NCBI GenBank assembly: GCA_022646745.1
Contig: CP060262.1
Location: 90,001-122,000 of the forward strand
Length of the DNA stretch: 32,000 nt
Direction: 5' to 3'
From: Planctomycetales bacterium
Lineage (GTDB): Bacteria > 4484-113 > JAFGCY01
Shown here: one piece after another, positions 30,590 to 32,000 of the stretch
Position numbering within the stretch: position 1 is the first letter of the stretch
How the letters are laid out: the number at the start of each line of letters is the position of its first letter
Translations under genes and position numbers: made by a program
Notes under the pieces: generated by a model
What the model saw: the letters and a program-made list of their open reading frames with translations, nothing else
Database searches by the model: none
Told to the model about the DNA's origin: nothing

Positions 30590-32000
30590 ATGGGACGGTT
30601 TTTTCATACTGTTATTGTTGTCTCGGCAATCATCTCTTGCACCTCCTGCGGTGTCACAAAAGCACCTGCTGAGCTGGATTCAGTGCAGGCAGAGCCACAG
30701 GCTGAATCAATTCAACCGGAGCTGCTGTCGGACCTGCAGCAGGAACTCGAACGGGTGATTGCAGAATCAGGCACGGCGGGTCCACAGAGATTCCTGCTTG
30801 CCTGCGAGATCGAGCCACTGGAAAACGCCAGCAGCATCAGCTGGGCCTACCCCTCCGCCAGCGGTGACTACGACCTCAACTCGCTTACCAATGCCGCCGA
30901 TCTCGTCGAAATCGGCCGCTACTTCGGGATCAGCAGCGGGGAACCCGGCTGGGACAAGGCGCAGGTCGCCGACGGGGATGGAAACGGTCGCATTGACATC
31001 GGGGACGTCACCCCGATCGGCCGCAACTTCGGGCTGGACAGCTCCGATTACATCTTCAGGCTGCTCAGTTGCCAGACAGAGGAAAACATCCCGGTGCTTG
31101 AACTCGGCCCGGTGCGCGAGGCCGGCAGCAGCCAGGCCCTGGCAGCCTACCAGCAGCTCTCCACAGTGCTGCTGGACGATGGGCCCTACTGCGTTGAGTT
31201 CGGCGACCAGGCGGTGATCCCGCTTGCTCCAATGGGCCTGGCGGCGGCACTCGACGGTCAGAACCTGATTCAGCTCAGCTGGCAGCCTGCCAGGTTTGCA
31301 TCGGGTTACCGGGTCTGGCGCGACGACGAGGCCGAACCGCTCGTGGAACTGGGCAGCAGCACCTGGTTCGTGGATAGCGCTGCCAGTTACGGCGTGAAAC
31401 ACAGCTATCGGGTCAGCGCATTCAACAGCTGCGGCGAGGGCCCGTTCTCGCCCTGGGCAGAGGAGATCCGCGAGCTAAAGGCAGCGCAGCTGCTTGCCAG
31501 CCAGGGCGATTTCAGCGACCGCATCGAGCTAGCCTGGACCTGCGTCAGCGGTGCCTCCGCCTACCAGGTGTACCGCGATGGGGAGCTGATCGGTAGCACC
31601 AGCGATCTCAGCTTCACGGATGCCGGGGCTGAACGGACCCGCATCTTCGGATATCAGGTCGTTCCGGTCAGCCAGTTTGGCAACGGCCCGGCAAGCAACA
31701 CGGCCTACGGCATATCCATGCTCTGGCGGCGCACCATCGTGGCAGGCACCAGAAGCTCCAACTACTCCGCGATGATCCACAACGGTCTGGCAGTCGTTGC
31801 CCGTGAGGAATCGGAGGAGGATGTGCTCAACATCTACCATGCAACCCAGCCGGTGCCGCTGAACTGGCCCCACTGGAAGGGTGGCGGAACCTTTGCTCGC
31901 ACCAACTATCCCTGTAACCCGGCGATAGTGGAGATTGACGGCACGATCGGCGTTGCCTACCCCACGCGGAAGAGTGGCGGTGAATTGCGCTTTGCGGTCA
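30590..32000 (+). CDS. Surface lipoprotein, 3'-truncated by window edge (dockerin-like pair + two FN3-like domains + start of BNR-like PAI...Y repeats); absent from the supplied ORF track
   Basis: ATG 30590 follows GGGGAGAG (6-nt spacer). I checked the frame codon by codon to base 32000 and found no stop (470 codons). MGRFFHTVIVVSAIISCTSCG (signal/lipobox). DYDLNSLTNAADLVEIGRYFG and DGDGNGRIDIGDVTPIGRNFG (dockerin-like). SWQPARFASGYRVWRD...YRVSAFNSCGEGPFS and AWTCVSGASAYQVYRDG...YQVVPVSQFGNGPAS (FN3-like). NPAIVEIDGTIGVAYPTRKSGGELRFAV matches the repeat family of the two giant paralogs. Confidence 0.8.
   Translation, partial: MGRFFHTVIVVSAIISCTSCGVTKAPAELDSVQAEPQAESIQPELLSDLQQELERVIAESGTAGPQRFLLACEIEPLENASSISWAYPSASGDYDLNSLTNAADLVEIGRYFGISSGEPGWDKAQVADGDGNGRIDIGDVTPIGRNFGLDSSDYIFRLLSCQTEENIPVLELGPVREAGSSQALAAYQQLSTVLLDDGPYCVEFGDQAVIPLAPMGLAAALDGQNLIQLSWQPARFASGYRVWRDDEAEPLVELGSSTWFVDSAASYGVKHSYRVSAFNSCGEGPFSPWAEEIRELKAAQLLASQGDFSDRIELAWTCVSGASAYQVYRDGELIGSTSDLSFTDAGAERTRIFGYQVVPVSQFGNGPASNTAYGISMLWRRTIVAGTRSSNYSAMIHNGLAVVAREESEEDVLNIYHATQPVPLNWPHWKGGGTFARTNYPCNPAIVEIDGTIGVAYPTRKSGGELRFAV

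Noticed and set aside
30359-30607. 82-aa minus-strand ORF in the AT-rich divergent intergenic region.
   Set aside because: It overlaps the starts of both flanking genes (30377 and 30590). It has no Shine-Dalgarno and no recognisable fold, so it is more likely promoter DNA.

Overview
GC-rich bacterial chromosomal segment, probably from an uncultivated lineage. By eye I found no rRNA, tRNA or CRISPR array. About 24 genes are supportable. (1) Two tandem paralogous giant lipoproteins (1-4116, 5'-truncated by the window edge, and 4420-8550) share the architecture conserved N-module + FN3 + PKD + PQQ-like propeller + BNR-like repeats. A third family member (30590 to the window end) is missing from the supplied ORF track. 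(2) At least seven lipobox-bearing surface proteins are present, two with dockerin-like EF-hand pairs. They include a co-directional pair: a PLD-like (HKD) lipoprotein followed by an NHL/CarboxypepD_reg lipoprotein. (3) Housekeeping genes: hemerythrin, glutaredoxin-like, hbd, pseudouridine synthase, isochorismatase-like, rfbD-like, gap, AMIN-amidase, murG, an RGG-tailed DEAD-box helicase, dcd and a redoxin lipoprotein. (4) One ISL3-family IS. (5) Three accessory-looking patches. The first is an AT-rich island (about 23995-25494) with an orphan 261-aa gene behind roughly 450 nt of hairpin-rich non-coding DNA. The second is a HicB/HicA-like toxin-antitoxin cassette bracketed by 81-bp direct repeats. 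The third is a divergent intergenic region made of a 38-bp G-quadruplex-motif inverted repeat next to the helicase. A genome-specific intergenic module also recurs: the hairpin GGGGCTGC-N4/5-GCAGCCCC followed by a (GCTTCT)n hexanucleotide tract. My best candidates for something undescribed are the AT-rich island (structured RNA plus orphan protein), the repeat-bracketed HicBA cassette with its duplicated 5' end, the G4 inverted repeat beside the RGG helicase, and the hairpin+(GCTTCT)n module. All functional interpretations are inference from reading the sequence; no database search was possible.
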